Position numbers and translations under genes: made by a program. This document shows, in pieces, positions 23,002-35,879 of a DNA stretch of 64,000 bases. Every line of letters starts with the position of its first letter. Within the stretch, counting starts at the first letter, position 1. Under the pieces are notes generated by a model, which saw only the letters and a list, made by a program, of their open reading frames with translations, did no database searches and had not been told where the DNA came from. The stretch spans positions 16,182,001 to 16,246,000 of the forward strand of contig NC_043005.1 of NCBI RefSeq assembly GCF_006345805.1. Reading direction: 5' to 3'. The DNA is from Octopus sinensis. Lineage: Eukaryota.

Positions 23002-23253
23002 TTTGGAACATATATAAAGTGATGGATCTTTAGAAAGTAAATTTAATGAAAGGTTGGGGACGATAGATCAAACAATGACAATGCTTTCAAATGAGTGAAA
23101 ACTTACACCGATCGGCGGTTCATATGAAAATTAAATTGTAGACATCACAAGAAAGTAATGTCTTAATTTACTGTTAATTTACTGAAGAGATTATGGCAAA
23201 GTAATTCTGAAGTTAGAGCATTATGAAAGGGATCAAATGACGCTAGAGGGCAG

Positions 23254-23289
23254 CATATACATACATACATACATACATACATACATACA

Positions 23290-23321
<32 letters not shown>

Positions 23322-23425
23322 CATACATACATACATGCATACATACATACATACATACATACATACACACATACATACACACACATACATACATGCATAC
23401 ATACATACATACATACATACATACA

Positions 23426-23459
<34 letters not shown>

Positions 23460-23593
23460 CATACATGCATACATACATACACATACATACATGCATACAT
23501 ACATACATACATACATACATACAAACATACATGCATACATACACACACATACATACATGCATACATACATACATACATACATACATACATACA

Positions 23594-23627
<34 letters not shown>

Positions 23628-23735
23628 CATACATGCATACATACATACACATACATACATGCATACATACATACATACATACATACATACAAACATACAT
23701 GCATACATACACACACATACATACACACACATACA

Positions 23736-23769
<34 letters not shown>

Positions 23770-23998
23770 CATGCATACATACATACATACATACATACAT
23801 ACATACATACATACATACATACATACATACATACATACATACATACATACATACATGCATACACACACTGACACGTACACACACACGCATGTAAGCACAT
23901 ATGCACCACCACCACCACCACTACCACCACTATCACACACACGTGTGTATGTATGTATATATGTTTGTACTGCCGCCAACATTTGGATCCTATGTATG

Positions 23999-24070
<72 letters not shown>

Positions 24071-24140
24071 GCACATACACACATACACACAGACACACAG
24101 ACACACAGACACACGCACATAAACACATGCGCGCGCACAC
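23254..24140. repeat. Long (CATA)n/(TA)n/(CA)n microsatellite block
   Basis: Direct inspection. Confidence 0.95.
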
Positions 24141-24577
24141 ACAAACATTAAACGTATTGCATGTATGTAGGAAGATAAAAAAAACTTATACAGCTTCTGT
24201 TTCTCTTTCTTTCCTTCACTTATCTTCACTGCTTCCACATTTACATCTTTATCGTCTGTCCTTTCATCTACTTGCACTCCTCATCCTACATTTATTCTCC
24301 TTTTCATCTAATTATAATATACCCCTCGCACAGACGTACCCCACGTCTCCAGTTACCCCCATATCTCTCAATACTGCTATTTGAGAGGAGCATCACTCTA
24401 TAACTGACATTACTGAATTTCTTTGTGGAGAAAGCAATGAAATGGCGGATTTAAACATAATGTTTCGAATTATATCTCTTTGCACTCAGCTGTAATTACA
24501 AAAGTCTGTCCCTATTTCAAACGAACTGTTATGTTGATCGGAAGAACGGATTTATGTTGATCAGAAGGACGGATCAG

Positions 24578-24994
24578 AAGGCGGCGACCTGGCAGAGACG
24601 TTAGCATGCTGGGCGAAATGCTTAGCGGTATTTTGTCCGCCGCTATGTTCTGAGTTCAAAATCCGCCGAGGTTGACTTTGCCTTTCATCCTTTCGGGGTC
24701 GATTAAATAAGTACCAGTTACGCACTGGGGACGATTACATCGACTTAATACCTATGTCTGTCCTTGTTTTTCCCCTCTGTGTTTAGCCTCTTGTGGGCAG
24801 TAAAGAAATAGATATTTTGTCTGCCGCTAAGTTCTGAGTTCAAATTCCACTGAGGTTGACTTTGCCGTTCATCCTTTCGGGGTCGATAAATTAAATACCA
24901 GTTATGCACTGGGGTCAATCTAATCGACATAATCCCATTGTCTGTTCTTGTTTGTCCCCTCTATGTTTAGCCCCTTGTGGACAATAAAGAAATA
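24578..24994 (+). mobile_element. SINE family A dimer
   Basis: Head plus two bodies joined at ~24811; flanking AGAAGGACG repeat. Confidence 0.85.
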
Positions 24995-25409
24995 AGAAGG
25001 ACGAATTTCCTAAGTGTATAGCAGAAAAAGCTTTTACAAGAATGAGGTGCTAAGAGACTGTGTGACAGATTAGGGTTTTGTTTATGTGTAGTGTTGACCC
25101 TTTCCAAGTGAAGGAAAGTGTTGCATCAATGATAGGAATAGGAATATATAGAAAGTCCAAACCATACTTTGGTCAAGTGTGTCGCACACTCCTAGAAGTA
25201 AAAAAAAAAGCGTGAACACAAAAACAGTTGCACATTTGTTGGAGATAGAGTTCTTACATTTTGTTTTGAAGAAAATATGGTATATAAGTGTACATATAAC
25301 GAAAATGACCCCAGAAAATAAGTTAGAGAGGCCAGTGGAAAATATTTGAACAAGGACAGATTAGGGCTTACTAAATATGATACAAGATAAATCTTTGATT
25401 TATAGAAAT

Positions 25410-25868
25410 TATGCATGTGTGTGCGCGCGCGTGTGTATGTATAAACACACGTACATACATACATGCATATATACATACATACATACACACATACATACAT
25501 ACATGCATACATACATACATACATACATACACACATACATACATACATACATACATACATACATACATACATAAAAAGTAAAATGTAAAAGAGTCAAAAG
25601 GAAGAGTAAGTATGGTTAAGCAGCTTTTTAATCGCTACAGTTTCGATACATTCAGATCCTCGTATGTACAGGAGTTAAAGTTGAGTTTAAATTAAATTAT
25701 GTAACGTTTTACCTGTATAAGATCTATATGTATCCCCTCAGGCTTTTGGGGGAATTCTAAGGGCGAACGAGCTCTATTTGTACTCTTATACGTTCTTAAC
25801 AGAACACACCTCAACTACATACATACATACATACATACATACATACATACATACATACATACATACAT

Positions 25869-25907
<39 letters not shown>

Positions 25908-25925
25908 CATACATATACATACATT
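25410..25925. repeat. (CATA)n tracts enclosing a ~245-bp unique insert (25573-25816)
   Basis: Direct inspection. Confidence 0.85.
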
Positions 25926-26125
25926 CTACTGCAATAATCGTTGCGTTTGTGCCTGCTGTTTACCATAGTCGTAGTAGAGGGACAGTGGTCAATTATCTTA
26001 GCCTGTAATGTAGTTTGGCTAGCAGGCAGTGGAGTATCGGTTGGAATGTCGCTAACTGCGAAACTACGTGGTGTTCCAACATCGTTCACGCTTTCATTTA
26101 TATTGTTTGGGAGAAGGTTAATTTC

Positions 26126-27865
26126 AGATGAGATCCGAGCAATTGATGTGAAAACCCGGAAGACACTAACCAGTACATATAGTTTCCACATCAACAGTGA
26201 CGTAGACCGCCTCTACTTAAATCCAAAACAAGGCGGCGGAGGCAAAACATCAATTCAGGCTGCATTCGAATGTCATATCATATCTCTTCGGCAACATCTA
26301 TTAATCGCCAAGCGTCGAAGATCATCCCTTGATCAAGTTTGCATACATGAAGCTGATAACAACATAGGACTTGGAAAGCAGCTCCTAGAGCAGCATTCAA
26401 TGTCTGATAACTTTAAATACGTACCCAAAGAAGTCTTATAACTCTACCGCAACGTATCATTACATGAAAGAATGAGCGTTTATCAGCAGAAGACCATGCA
26501 TGGATCTGTTAGTAGAAAGTTCCGAGATAATAGTAACATTGATCATCAAAGCAGTCTACCAGGAACCCTCCCATTTTAAGGGTATGTGTTTGCAATCCAG
26601 GAACAGGAAATATCAACTAAACACCTGATGCACAAAAGAGACAGGGATGCTGGAAAAGCAGTAAAATGTGACAAACGATGCAGGCTTTGTGGAGTTAATA
26701 CCAAAAATATCACCCACATCATAAGCAGTTGATTATTATCTACTGATGAGACATGATGTAGCTAAGATACTATATAACGAGATCAGTCGGAAGGATAACT
26801 CCGAGGACATAGAAATAAGAAATCACGGTATGGTGGAAGCCATATCCACTCATAATAAAAAAGAGTACTGGTGGAATGTCCAAGTGAAAACCTCAATAAA
26901 ATGTAAACACAATAGATCTGACATAATGATTTGAGATAGAGAAGAGAAACTGTGAACAGTTGTGGAAACCAGCTGCCCAGCGGATGTTAACATAAAGCTA
27001 AAGATAAGCGAAAAAGAAAATACTTGCACTGAACTATTGAGGAATGTACATCTACTCTGTCAGGATTACAAGTTCAGGTTTATACCTGTAATTATTGGGG
27101 TACTGAGATATGTAACACACTGCCTAAACACCAATCTTGAGAAATTAGACTTCTCAAAACCAGACAGGCGAAAGCTGATTTGAAGACTACGGATCCAATC
27201 CATCACTGGATTAGTAAAAATATGTAAAACTGCAGAAGTTTATTATTTAAGTATATATGAAAATGTCTAGGAGTGGCTGTGTGGTAAGTAGCTTGCTAAC
27301 CAACCACAAGGTTCCGGGTTCAGTCCCACTGCGTGGCATCTTGGGCAAGTGTCTTCTGCTATAGCCCCGGGCCGACCAATGCCTTGTGAGTGGATATGGT
27401 AGACGGAAACTGAAAGAAGCCTGTCGTATATATGTATATATATATGTATGTGTATGTGTGTTTGTGTGTCTGTGTTTGTCCCCCTAGCATTGCTTGACAA
27501 CCGATGCTGGTGTGTTTATGTCCCCGTCACTTAGCGGTTCGGCAAAAGAGACCGATAGAATAAGTACTGGGCTTACAAAGAATAAGTCCTGGGGTCGATT
27601 TGCTCGACTAAAGGCGGTGCTCCAGCATGGCCGCAGTCAAATGACTGAAACAAGTAAAAGAGTAAAAGAGTAAAAGAGATACGTAGCTATATGTGTGAGA
27701 ATACATACATAAATCAAAACATACAAATCTGCACATATACATACATACAAAAATACCCTGTTGATGATGTTGAAATTCCAATGAAGGAGAATTAGATCTA
27801 GGTTAGAAACCGGCTCTTTCTCTATTGACAAGAAATCTTGAAATAAAAATTACATACATACATAA
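26126..27865 (+). mobile_element. 5'-truncated RLE-type LINE (R4/Dong-like), interrupted by SINE-B, ending in (TACA)n
   Basis: IDVKTRK..SDVDRLYL...GGGG, AIQEQEI, CRLC..HIIS, RHD, NRSDIMI..ETSCPADVN.K..EK, PVIIG; multiple stops. Confidence 0.82.
27269..27678 (+). mobile_element. SINE family B
   Basis: Near-identical to the copies at 38099 and 46077. Confidence 0.9.
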
Positions 27866-28449
27866 TTACATGTATGTTTACTTAAATACATACACAGCTG
27901 TTTTGCGAGTAATCTACCCGTTTCTATTTATTTCCATCCACTCTTCCTCATACCTTTACCCCATTACTTGCAGCATTTTCGTTTTTTTCTTTCCGTACCC
28001 TCGTCCTCTAGACTTGTACACAATTGTATGAATAGCTACCCGCTCACACGATCTCGCACACATATATACATATACGCATATGTACGCGCACACACACACA
28101 CACACGAAACGTTTTTGCTGAGAGGTATATATGGCTCAGTTTCTAAGACAATGGACTTACTAAAAAAAGAAGTGGTTTCTAAATGTCATGCTTATAACAG
28201 CATCTTTTATTTATACGTGTTAAAAAAAAGGGTTATTTTAAAACTATTTATGTTCAAACAGATTCACACACACATGAATATAATGAAAATAAAAGTCTGA
28301 AAAGTAAGTCTTTAATATTTTAACTAATAGTTTTGCATTCTTTTATTTTTTACTATTAGAGTTGGTTTCTTTGTTTATCTTAAAATCCAACATTTTGATT
28401 CTTAATACGAATGAATGGCTTTTTGATTTAGAAGTCTGTTTTGAAATTA

Positions 28450-28665
28450 AGTGGCTTCGCGTTCAGTTCCATCGCACATCGTCTTGGGTAAGTGCTTCTA
28501 TTATATCCTGGGCTCAACAATTGCTTTCTGAGTGCCTATGGTATATGGGAACTGTGCAGAAGCTCGTCGTGTATTTGTATGTGCAGGTGTATACGGGTGT
28601 GTACGTCTGTGTGTTTGCGGTTATATCTTCCTCCATATCTTGTCTTCATTTGACATTGCTGAACA
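28450..28665 (+). mobile_element. Old, decayed SINE-B fragment
   Basis: GTTCAGTTCCA...TTGGGTAAGTGCTTCTA...GGAACTGTGCAGAAGCTCGTCG. Confidence 0.55.
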
Positions 28666-28921
28666 GTTGGGGGGAAAATGAAAGAACAAAATGTTAAATC
28701 AATAAATATTCATTCAAAGAGTAAACGCGTAAATTCGTCGAAGGCTCATATCTTTATGTTGATTTTGACTCTTCACATGTATTTGTGTGTGTGCGTGCGC
28801 GGGTGTGTACTTGACATGGGTAGATTGTGGTTGTGTTGTCGGCGTGCAGATTGTAATTAAACTATTCGTTTCACGCAATTCCTGTCTGCTGTTGATTATG
28901 GTTTTAATTTACTTAATTAGT

Positions 28922-29505
28922 AAGGCGGCGAGCTGGCAGAAACGTTAGCACGCCGGGCGAAATGCTTTGCGGTATTTCGTCCGCCGCTACGTTCTGAGTT
29001 CAAATTCCGCCGAGGTCGACTTTGCTTTTCATCCTTTCGGGGTCGATAAATTAAGTACCAGTTACGCACTGGGGTCGATGTAATCGACTTAATCTGTTTG
29101 TCTGTCCTTGTTTATCCCCTCTATGTTTAGCCCCTTGTGGGTAGTAAAGAAATAGGTATTTCGTCTGCTGCTACGTTCTGAGTTCAAATTCCACCGCGGT
29201 CGACTTTGCCTTTCAACCTTTCGGGGTCGATAAATTAAGTACCAGTTACGCACTGGGGTCGATATAATCGACTTAATCCCTTTGTCTGTCCTTGTTTGTC
29301 CTCTCTGTGTTTAGCCCTTGTGGTTAGTAAAGAAATAGGTATTTCGTCTGCCGTTACGTTCTGAGTTCAAATTCCACCGAGGTCGACTTTGCTTTCATGC
29401 TCTCAGGATCGATAAATTAAGTAGCAGTTGCATACTAGGGTCTATCTAATCGACTGGCCCCACTCCCTCAAAATTTCGAGCCTTGTGCGTAGAGTAGAAA
29501 AGAAT
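28922..29505 (+). mobile_element. SINE family A trimer
   Basis: Head plus three bodies with junctions at 29155 and 29338 (183-bp period). Confidence 0.9.
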
Positions 29506-29758
29506 CTATTTAATTTGTTTAACCCGTTAACATCCAGTATTTTGATGTAATTTATGTATAAATAAGGTACAAAATATGTTACATAATGATCATATATACA
29601 AATATTTACACACTTCCCTTGTAGACGCGCGCACACACACACACACACATATATTCACATACTAACGTTGAATACAGTCTAGAGTACTTTCTATTGTTTA
29701 ATTCAGTTTCACTATCTCCTAATATAATAATGAGCGTAGTGTTTTTATATATTTGTGT

Positions 29759-29811
<53 letters not shown>

Positions 29812-29814
<3 letters not shown>

Positions 29815-30400
29815 CAGAATCGCGTCGGACGCGGAGGAGGAGAGAAAATAGTAATTCAGTAAAGGAGATGTAGTGAGAGTAATAACCCTGACTGAGAGGG
29901 AGTGAGAGAAAATAATAGCTATGAGAGAAGGGAAGGAGTGATAGATGAATAAGGAAGAAAGGCGTGAAAAAATAAACGTTTCAACAGGCGTCTTTCGACT
30001 AAGGACAAATTAAATTAAGCTGACGTGTGTGGAAATGATTCTTTACGGCAAAGATACATGATTTTACAGGCACAGGGAGGAATATGGGTGTTGCACGGAC
30101 AACGGCCAGACGAAGAAAGAAAGATCGGGTTTGTTCGGACGCCGGTCACGTGGGAAGAGGAGAGAGAGAGGTAGAGGCAGAGGGACAGAAGAATTAAGGA
30201 GGGGGGAGGAGAAAAATGACTGGGACACAGTGAAGTGAAAAGTTGAGGGAAAATGAGCAAGAAGAGAAGGCAAAGATGTGTGAAAGAGGGGGAATGAAAG
30301 AACGAAGAGTGGAATGAACGAATAAGCGTGAAAGGCCTAATAGACAGAAATAGGACTTGAGTAGATAAGATTAGATAAGATTAGATAAGAGTAGATAATA
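29812..30400 (-). mobile_element. Probable PLE 3'-region remnant next to (TA)n
   Basis: Pyrimidine-rich minus strand with degenerate hammerhead-like AGTCGAAAGACGCCTGTTGAAACGTT (~29976-30001). Confidence 0.3.
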
Positions 30401-30439
30401 TCCGGAGCCTCGGAAATTGTAGATATCCAAGCGAGGAAT

Positions 30440-30970
30440 ACACTGCAGGCTACTCTTCAATTTCCGTTTACGAAATCCGGCCCAAAGCTATAGTAGAAGG
30501 CACTCGCCCAGTTGTCTCACCGAGGGACTGAACCTGAAACCATGTGGTTGCAAAGCAAGTCTCTGAACCACACAACCATGCCTTTTTATTCTTTTACGCT
30601 TTTACTTGTTTCATTCATTTGATTGTGGCCATGTTGGGGCACCACCTTTAGTCGAACACAACGACCCTAGGACTTATTCCTTCTGAGCCTAGTACTTATT
30701 CTATCGGCCTCTTTTGCCGAACCACTAAGTTACGGTGAAGTAAACACACCAGCATCGGTTATCAAGTGATGGTGGGGGACAAATACATACATATGCGCGC
30801 GCGCGTAAGTGTTCGACGGGCTTCTTTCAATCTCCGTCTACCAAATTCCCTCACAGGGCTTTGGCCGGCTCGACGTTGTAGTAGAAGACACTTTCCCAAA
30901 GTGCCACGCAGTGGGACTGAACCTAGAACCATATAGTTTGGAAGCAAGCTTCTTACCACGCAGCTACGCC
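30440..30970 (-). mobile_element. Two SINE-B copies (decayed 5' part 30440-30582; near-full 30590-30970)
   Basis: Reverse-complement matches to SINE-B. Confidence 0.8.
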
Positions 30971-31564
30971 TACGGCTGTATAGTTTTTATAAAAAACATC
31001 TATAGAAAAAATTCTGCTGATAAAGTGTTTTTCTATGAATAAAAAATTCAGAAAAATTCCTACGAAGACCCCTATGGTAAGTTTGTAAATGAAAATTCTG
31101 TAAAAACTACAGACTGGTAAATAAAATGACGTTTTACTCGTAATCTGTGGCTGTAGGGGGTAACAATTTCGAAAATATGTCAGGAATTTATGCTAAATGG
31201 TTTAATTCTGGGCGTGGTTGATGATGTAAAATATGAATACATTTATACTGCTATTTTGTTCTTTTAGACGATTTAGTCATTGAACCGCGACCATTCTGGA
31301 GCACCACCTTCAAGGGTTTAGTTGATGATATAGACTCCAGTACATGTTTCTCACTTGTAATTATTTTATCAATCGAACAGATAAAAATTCATATAGTACA
31401 GACATATAGTACAGGCACAGGCGTATGTATGTGATTGAGAAGCTTACCTGGCAACCATGTGGTTTCGGATTCATTCTTTCTGCGTGACACTTCAGGCAAG
31501 TGTCTTCTATTCCAAAGCCGGACCGACCAATGCATCTTGCAACCTTTTCAAAAGGTTGCAAGAT

Positions 31565-31732
31565 GCAAGGAAAATTTTAGAAAAATAATGAAGGAAATGA
31601 TTGGAAATTTTACTGGTGACTGTGTTAACTTATAAGGTACTAAAAGAGAATGACTCTCCCCAAACACAACAGAATATGCTTCAACACACGAACTCACATA
31701 AAGAATCTTGCAAACCAAATCCCAAAGCGAAA
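31565..31732. repeat. Unclassified dispersed repeat, second copy at 47257-47410
   Basis: Shared ...TAAGG(T/C)ACTAAAAGAGAATGACTCTCCCCA...AAAGAATCTTG...AAATCCCAAA. Confidence 0.75.
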
Positions 31733-32134
31733 TATATATATATATATATATGTAGAGGATTTTGAAAAGGAACACACGAGTTGATATATATGGGGAAAAG
31801 TCAAGGTAGAAAATGCTAAAATAAATTTATAAAACATTTTGGTACCGGTTTCAGTCATTAAGATTCTTTCAACTCTAAGTATAGAAAACAATTAAATTTT
31901 GGAAAAATTAAAAGAAAAGTTAAAAAAAAAAATTTGCATAGTATTCAAATACATGAGGCATTTTTCTTGTTTCTGCCTGTCTCTGTCTCTCTTGTTTACT
32001 CATGTGGGTTCGAGGTCGTTGACCTCAAACAGGCAGAAACAAGGAAAATGCCCCATGTATTTGAATACTATGCAAATACTCTTTAAAAAAACTTTCTTTT
32101 AATTTTTCCAAAATTTAATTGTTTTCTATACTTA

Positions 32135-32170
32135 CAGTTGAAAAAGTTTCAATAACTGAAACCGGTACTG
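32135..32170 (+). ncRNA. Minimal type I hammerhead-like motif (U3-A8 core); duplicate at 32921-32956
   Basis: CAG-TTGAAAA-AGTT-tcaat-AACT-GAAA-CCGG-TA-CTG. Confidence 0.6.
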
Positions 32171-32275
32171 AAATGTTTTTTATAAAATTATTTTAGCATT
32201 TTCTACCTTGGCTTTTTTCCATATATATATATAGAAAATAGTAAAAAGTGAAAAAACTACAGAAGGCATCGATGT

Positions 32276-32314
32276 AAGAAATTTGAAAAGCTGAACGCGA
32301 AACCGGTCTTTCTT
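32276..32314 (+). ncRNA. Minimal type I hammerhead-like motif (U3-A8 core, one extra U); duplicate at 33060-33098
   Basis: AAGAAA-t-TTGAAAA-GC-tgaac-GC-GAAA-CCGG-TC-TTTCTT. Confidence 0.55.
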
Positions 32315-33897
32315 CAAAAACTATGTCATTGTATGAAAAAAATTTATAACACTCTTCAGACATAATGACTCAAATATATATTTTTTAACCTTCTAAAACA
32401 AGCCTTCTGTAGTTTTTTCACTTTTTACTATTTTCTATATATTCAACCACGTGCTTTCACACACCAACTTTCTCACCTATATATATATATTATATATATA
32501 TATTATATATATATATATATAATATATATATATATATATGTAGAGGATTTTGAAAAGGAACACACGAGTTGATATATATGGGGAAAAGTCAAGGTAGAAA
32601 ATGCTAAAATAAATTTATAAAACATTTTGGTACCGGTTTCAGTCATTAAGATTCTTTCAACTCTAAGTATAGAAAACAATTAAATTTTGGAAAAATTAAA
32701 AGAAAAGTTAAAAAAAAAAATTGCATAGTATTCAAATACATGAGGCATTTTTCTTGTTTCTGCTGTCTCTGTCTCTCTTGTTTACTCATGTGGGTTCGAG
32801 GTCGTTGACCTCAAACAGGCAGAAACAAGGAAAATGCCCCATGTATTTGAATACTATGCAAATACTCTTTAAAAAAACTTTCTTTTAATTTTTCCAAAAT
32901 TTAATTGTTTTCTATACTTACAGTTGAAAAAGTTTCAATAACTGAAACCGGTACTGAAATGTTTTTTATAAAATTATTTTAGCATTTTCTACCTTGGCTT
33001 TTTTCCATATATATATAGAAAATAGTAAAAAGTGAAAAAACTACAGAAGGCATCGATGTAAGAAATTTGAAAAGCTGAACGCGAAACCGGTCTTTCTTCA
33101 AAAACTATGTCATTGTATGAAAAAAATTTATAACACTCTTCAGACATAATGACTCAAATATATATTTTTTAACCTTCTAAAACAAGCCTTCTGTAGTTTT
33201 TTCACTTTTTACTATTTTCTATATATTCAACCACGTGCTTTCACACACCAACTTTCTCACCTATATATATATATATATATACATATATATTATAGATATT
33301 ATTGAAATACAATAGTATTGACAAATGAATGTATCTTTAAAGCATAAAACTATTACTAACTCTTTTGTAATTGTGTATATTCAATATTTATCTCTCACTG
33401 GATAGAGTACTTTTCTTATTAATCCTACCTATAATGGAACTGTAAACTATAAGTATATGTACGTGTGCATGTGTGTGTGTGTGTGTTTATGTAATATGTA
33501 TGTATGTTTCTCTGTCTGTATGCATGTATATATGTATTTATATGTGTTGCACGAGTTTAAGTGTGGATCTGAGACGAGCCCCTGAACTAAAGGCCTTATG
33601 TCGATTGTTTCTTGAAAAATCTATGGAAAGTTATTTTGCTATTATTATATGTAGAGATCAGTAATAATTTGCAACATACACCTCATCTCGAATATATTCA
33701 GGCGAGAAAAGAATTATGTAACTTACCATTTCTCTTAGAAGAACATTAGAGCTTCAAGTGAATTGAACCACTTTCGACTGAAAATCGAAACCTCTTTGCA
33801 ATTTTCTTCTACAACAGATTTTCACTCCATATATGCTTTCTAAGCTAGCACTACGCTTTTTGTTTGAACTAACATTTAGGAAATCAAACTATACAGA

Positions 33898-34810
33898 ATG
33901 GCTCTCAACAAACGCAGCAGTATTGATGTCAGGGACCAGAGAGTGCTACTCAGAGTTGAAGTAGACTTCAATGCACCCACAAAAAATGGCAAGATCACCA
34001 GCCGTCAAAACATTGTTGCTATTCTACCAACTATACAGTATGCTCTGGAGACAACAGTCAAAAGAGTTGTAGCTATGAGTCATTTAAGGAGGCCTTTGAA
34101 AAATATTCTTTGAAATGCGTAGTACCTGAAGAGGAAAATCTCTTGGGAAAATCTCTTACATTTCTTTCTGACTGAGTTGGTCTTGAGACAAAAGCTGCCT
34201 GTAGCAATTCTGATCTTGGCCGTTTTTCTTTTGGAAACTTACATTTCCATATACAAGAAAAGGGTAAAGGAACTGTTGGAAATGGTCAAAAGGTCAAAAC
34301 AAAAATCAGAAGATACTAAAATGTGCCGTTAATCGTTGTCGAAACTAGCTGTTTATGAGAATGATACCTTCGGTACAGCTCACCGACCTCACAGCTCAAT
34401 GGTTGTTGTTCAGATTCCCCTGGTTGCGTTTGGTTTCCTAAAAAAGGAACTAACATATTACTAACGTATTTTACAAAAGGCTCTTGAGAAGCATAGGGAA
34501 CCATTTGTAGCCAAAACTGCAAAGATTAAATTGATTGAGAATTGATTGAAAATTTGATTGAGAAAGTAAATTTGATGATAATTGGTGTGGTGACAAGATT
34601 TTACTTTCCTCAAAGTTCTTAACATGGAGATTGGGGATTCCCTTTTTGATGAAGGGAGTCCCAAAATTGTTACATCGTCTCGTAGAAAAGTCAGAGGAAA
34701 ACAACGTAGTTCTGCCTTTATATTTTATAACTGATGAGATATTTGCTGAAAATGTCACAAATGGACGAGCTAAATTAGTGGAAGGTATTCCTAGATATAT
34801 GGGTTTCTTT
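33898..34810 (+). pseudogene. PGK: Processed phosphoglycerate kinase pseudogene, 3'-truncated
   Basis: [92 protein letters not shown]. Collinear, intronless, many stops and frameshifts. Confidence 0.92.
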
Positions 34811-35263
34811 TAATAAAGAAAACCATAAATGAGCAGTAAATTTCACAAGAAGCGCCTATTTTAAAATTGTGTAGCGAAGCGTATCTTCATCGAGATAACC
34901 TAAACAGCAGTTTCATTTCGAGTTTCTCTGTCGTAGCTGCTGGTTTATGTAGGACTGAGGATGTAGAAGTTAACGAGTTTTGCGATTAACATTCAGGAAT
35001 TAGAAAACTAACCTGTTTTAAAGCTCAGTTTACGTGCAAGAGAAGTAAAGGAGGCACCACATCCATCGGCAAAAATAGCTTTCGCTGTACTCTTGGGCGT
35101 AAAACTCTTAAAGGCATTCTTTCGTTGTACTCTTGGGAGTAGAACTCTTAAACATTAAGGGGATTGTAATGAACTTAACTTCTTTGAAAAAAACGATGTC
35201 CTTTTGCTAATAGAGGGAGATAGTTTTGGAGGGTTATTTTGCCAATGAACTCACACGCACTGA

Positions 35264-35265
<2 letters not shown>

Positions 35266-35327
<62 letters not shown>

Positions 35328-35567
35328 GAGTGAGAGAGCAGTGCATGCCATCAAAGTGACACTGGGGTAAAATATACGAAGCCCAATATACCCATCATGA
35401 CTACCCGTCTGATAAGGGTACACCAGACACATGCATCACAACCATATGTGCGCGACATGGTGATCTCATATCAAGATAAACAGCACATGACCTTGCAGGG
35501 GGAGGGGCAGTTAGAATTTTCTTCAGGTTGAGTAGCCCATCCCGCTCAAAAGGTCCCTGAATAGGGG

Positions 35568-35661
<94 letters not shown>

Positions 35662-35668
35662 ATTATTG
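35266..35668. repeat. (TTA)n tracts enclosing a 241-bp element (35328-35568)
   Basis: Direct inspection. Confidence 0.9.
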
Positions 35669-35679
35669 AGAAAATCATG

Positions 35680-35872
35680 ACCACGCTGTGCGAAATGCTT
35701 AGCAGTATTTCGTTCGTCTTCACGTTCTGAGTCCAAATTCCGCCGAGGTCGGCTTTGCTTTCCATCCTTTCGGGGTCGGTGAAAAAAGTACTAGTCAAAC
35801 AACTGAAGTCAATATAATCGACTATCCCGCTCCCGCAAAATTTCAAACCTTGTGCCTACAATAAAAAAGATT
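35680..35872 (+). mobile_element. Decayed SINE-A
   Basis: GAAATGCTTAGCAGTATTTCG...CATCCTTTCGGGGTCGG...AAATTTCAAACCTTGTGCC. Confidence 0.75.
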
Positions 35873-35879
35873 ATTATGG

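Larger units (their letters stand above)
31751..33262. repeat. Tandem duplication of a 788-bp fold-back unit of PLE-terminal origin with hammerhead-like motifs
   Basis: Units start at 31751 and 32539. Each holds a ~200-bp-arm inverted repeat and a second ~40-bp-arm inverted repeat; the left part is homologous to 61808-62070. Confidence 0.9.

Noticed and set aside
23163-24151. 300-aa ORFs on both strands
   Set aside because: (CATA)n microsatellite artefacts.
34732-34757. CTGATGA...GAAA.TGTC motif
   Set aside because: Lies in PGK coding-derived sequence and forms no stems.
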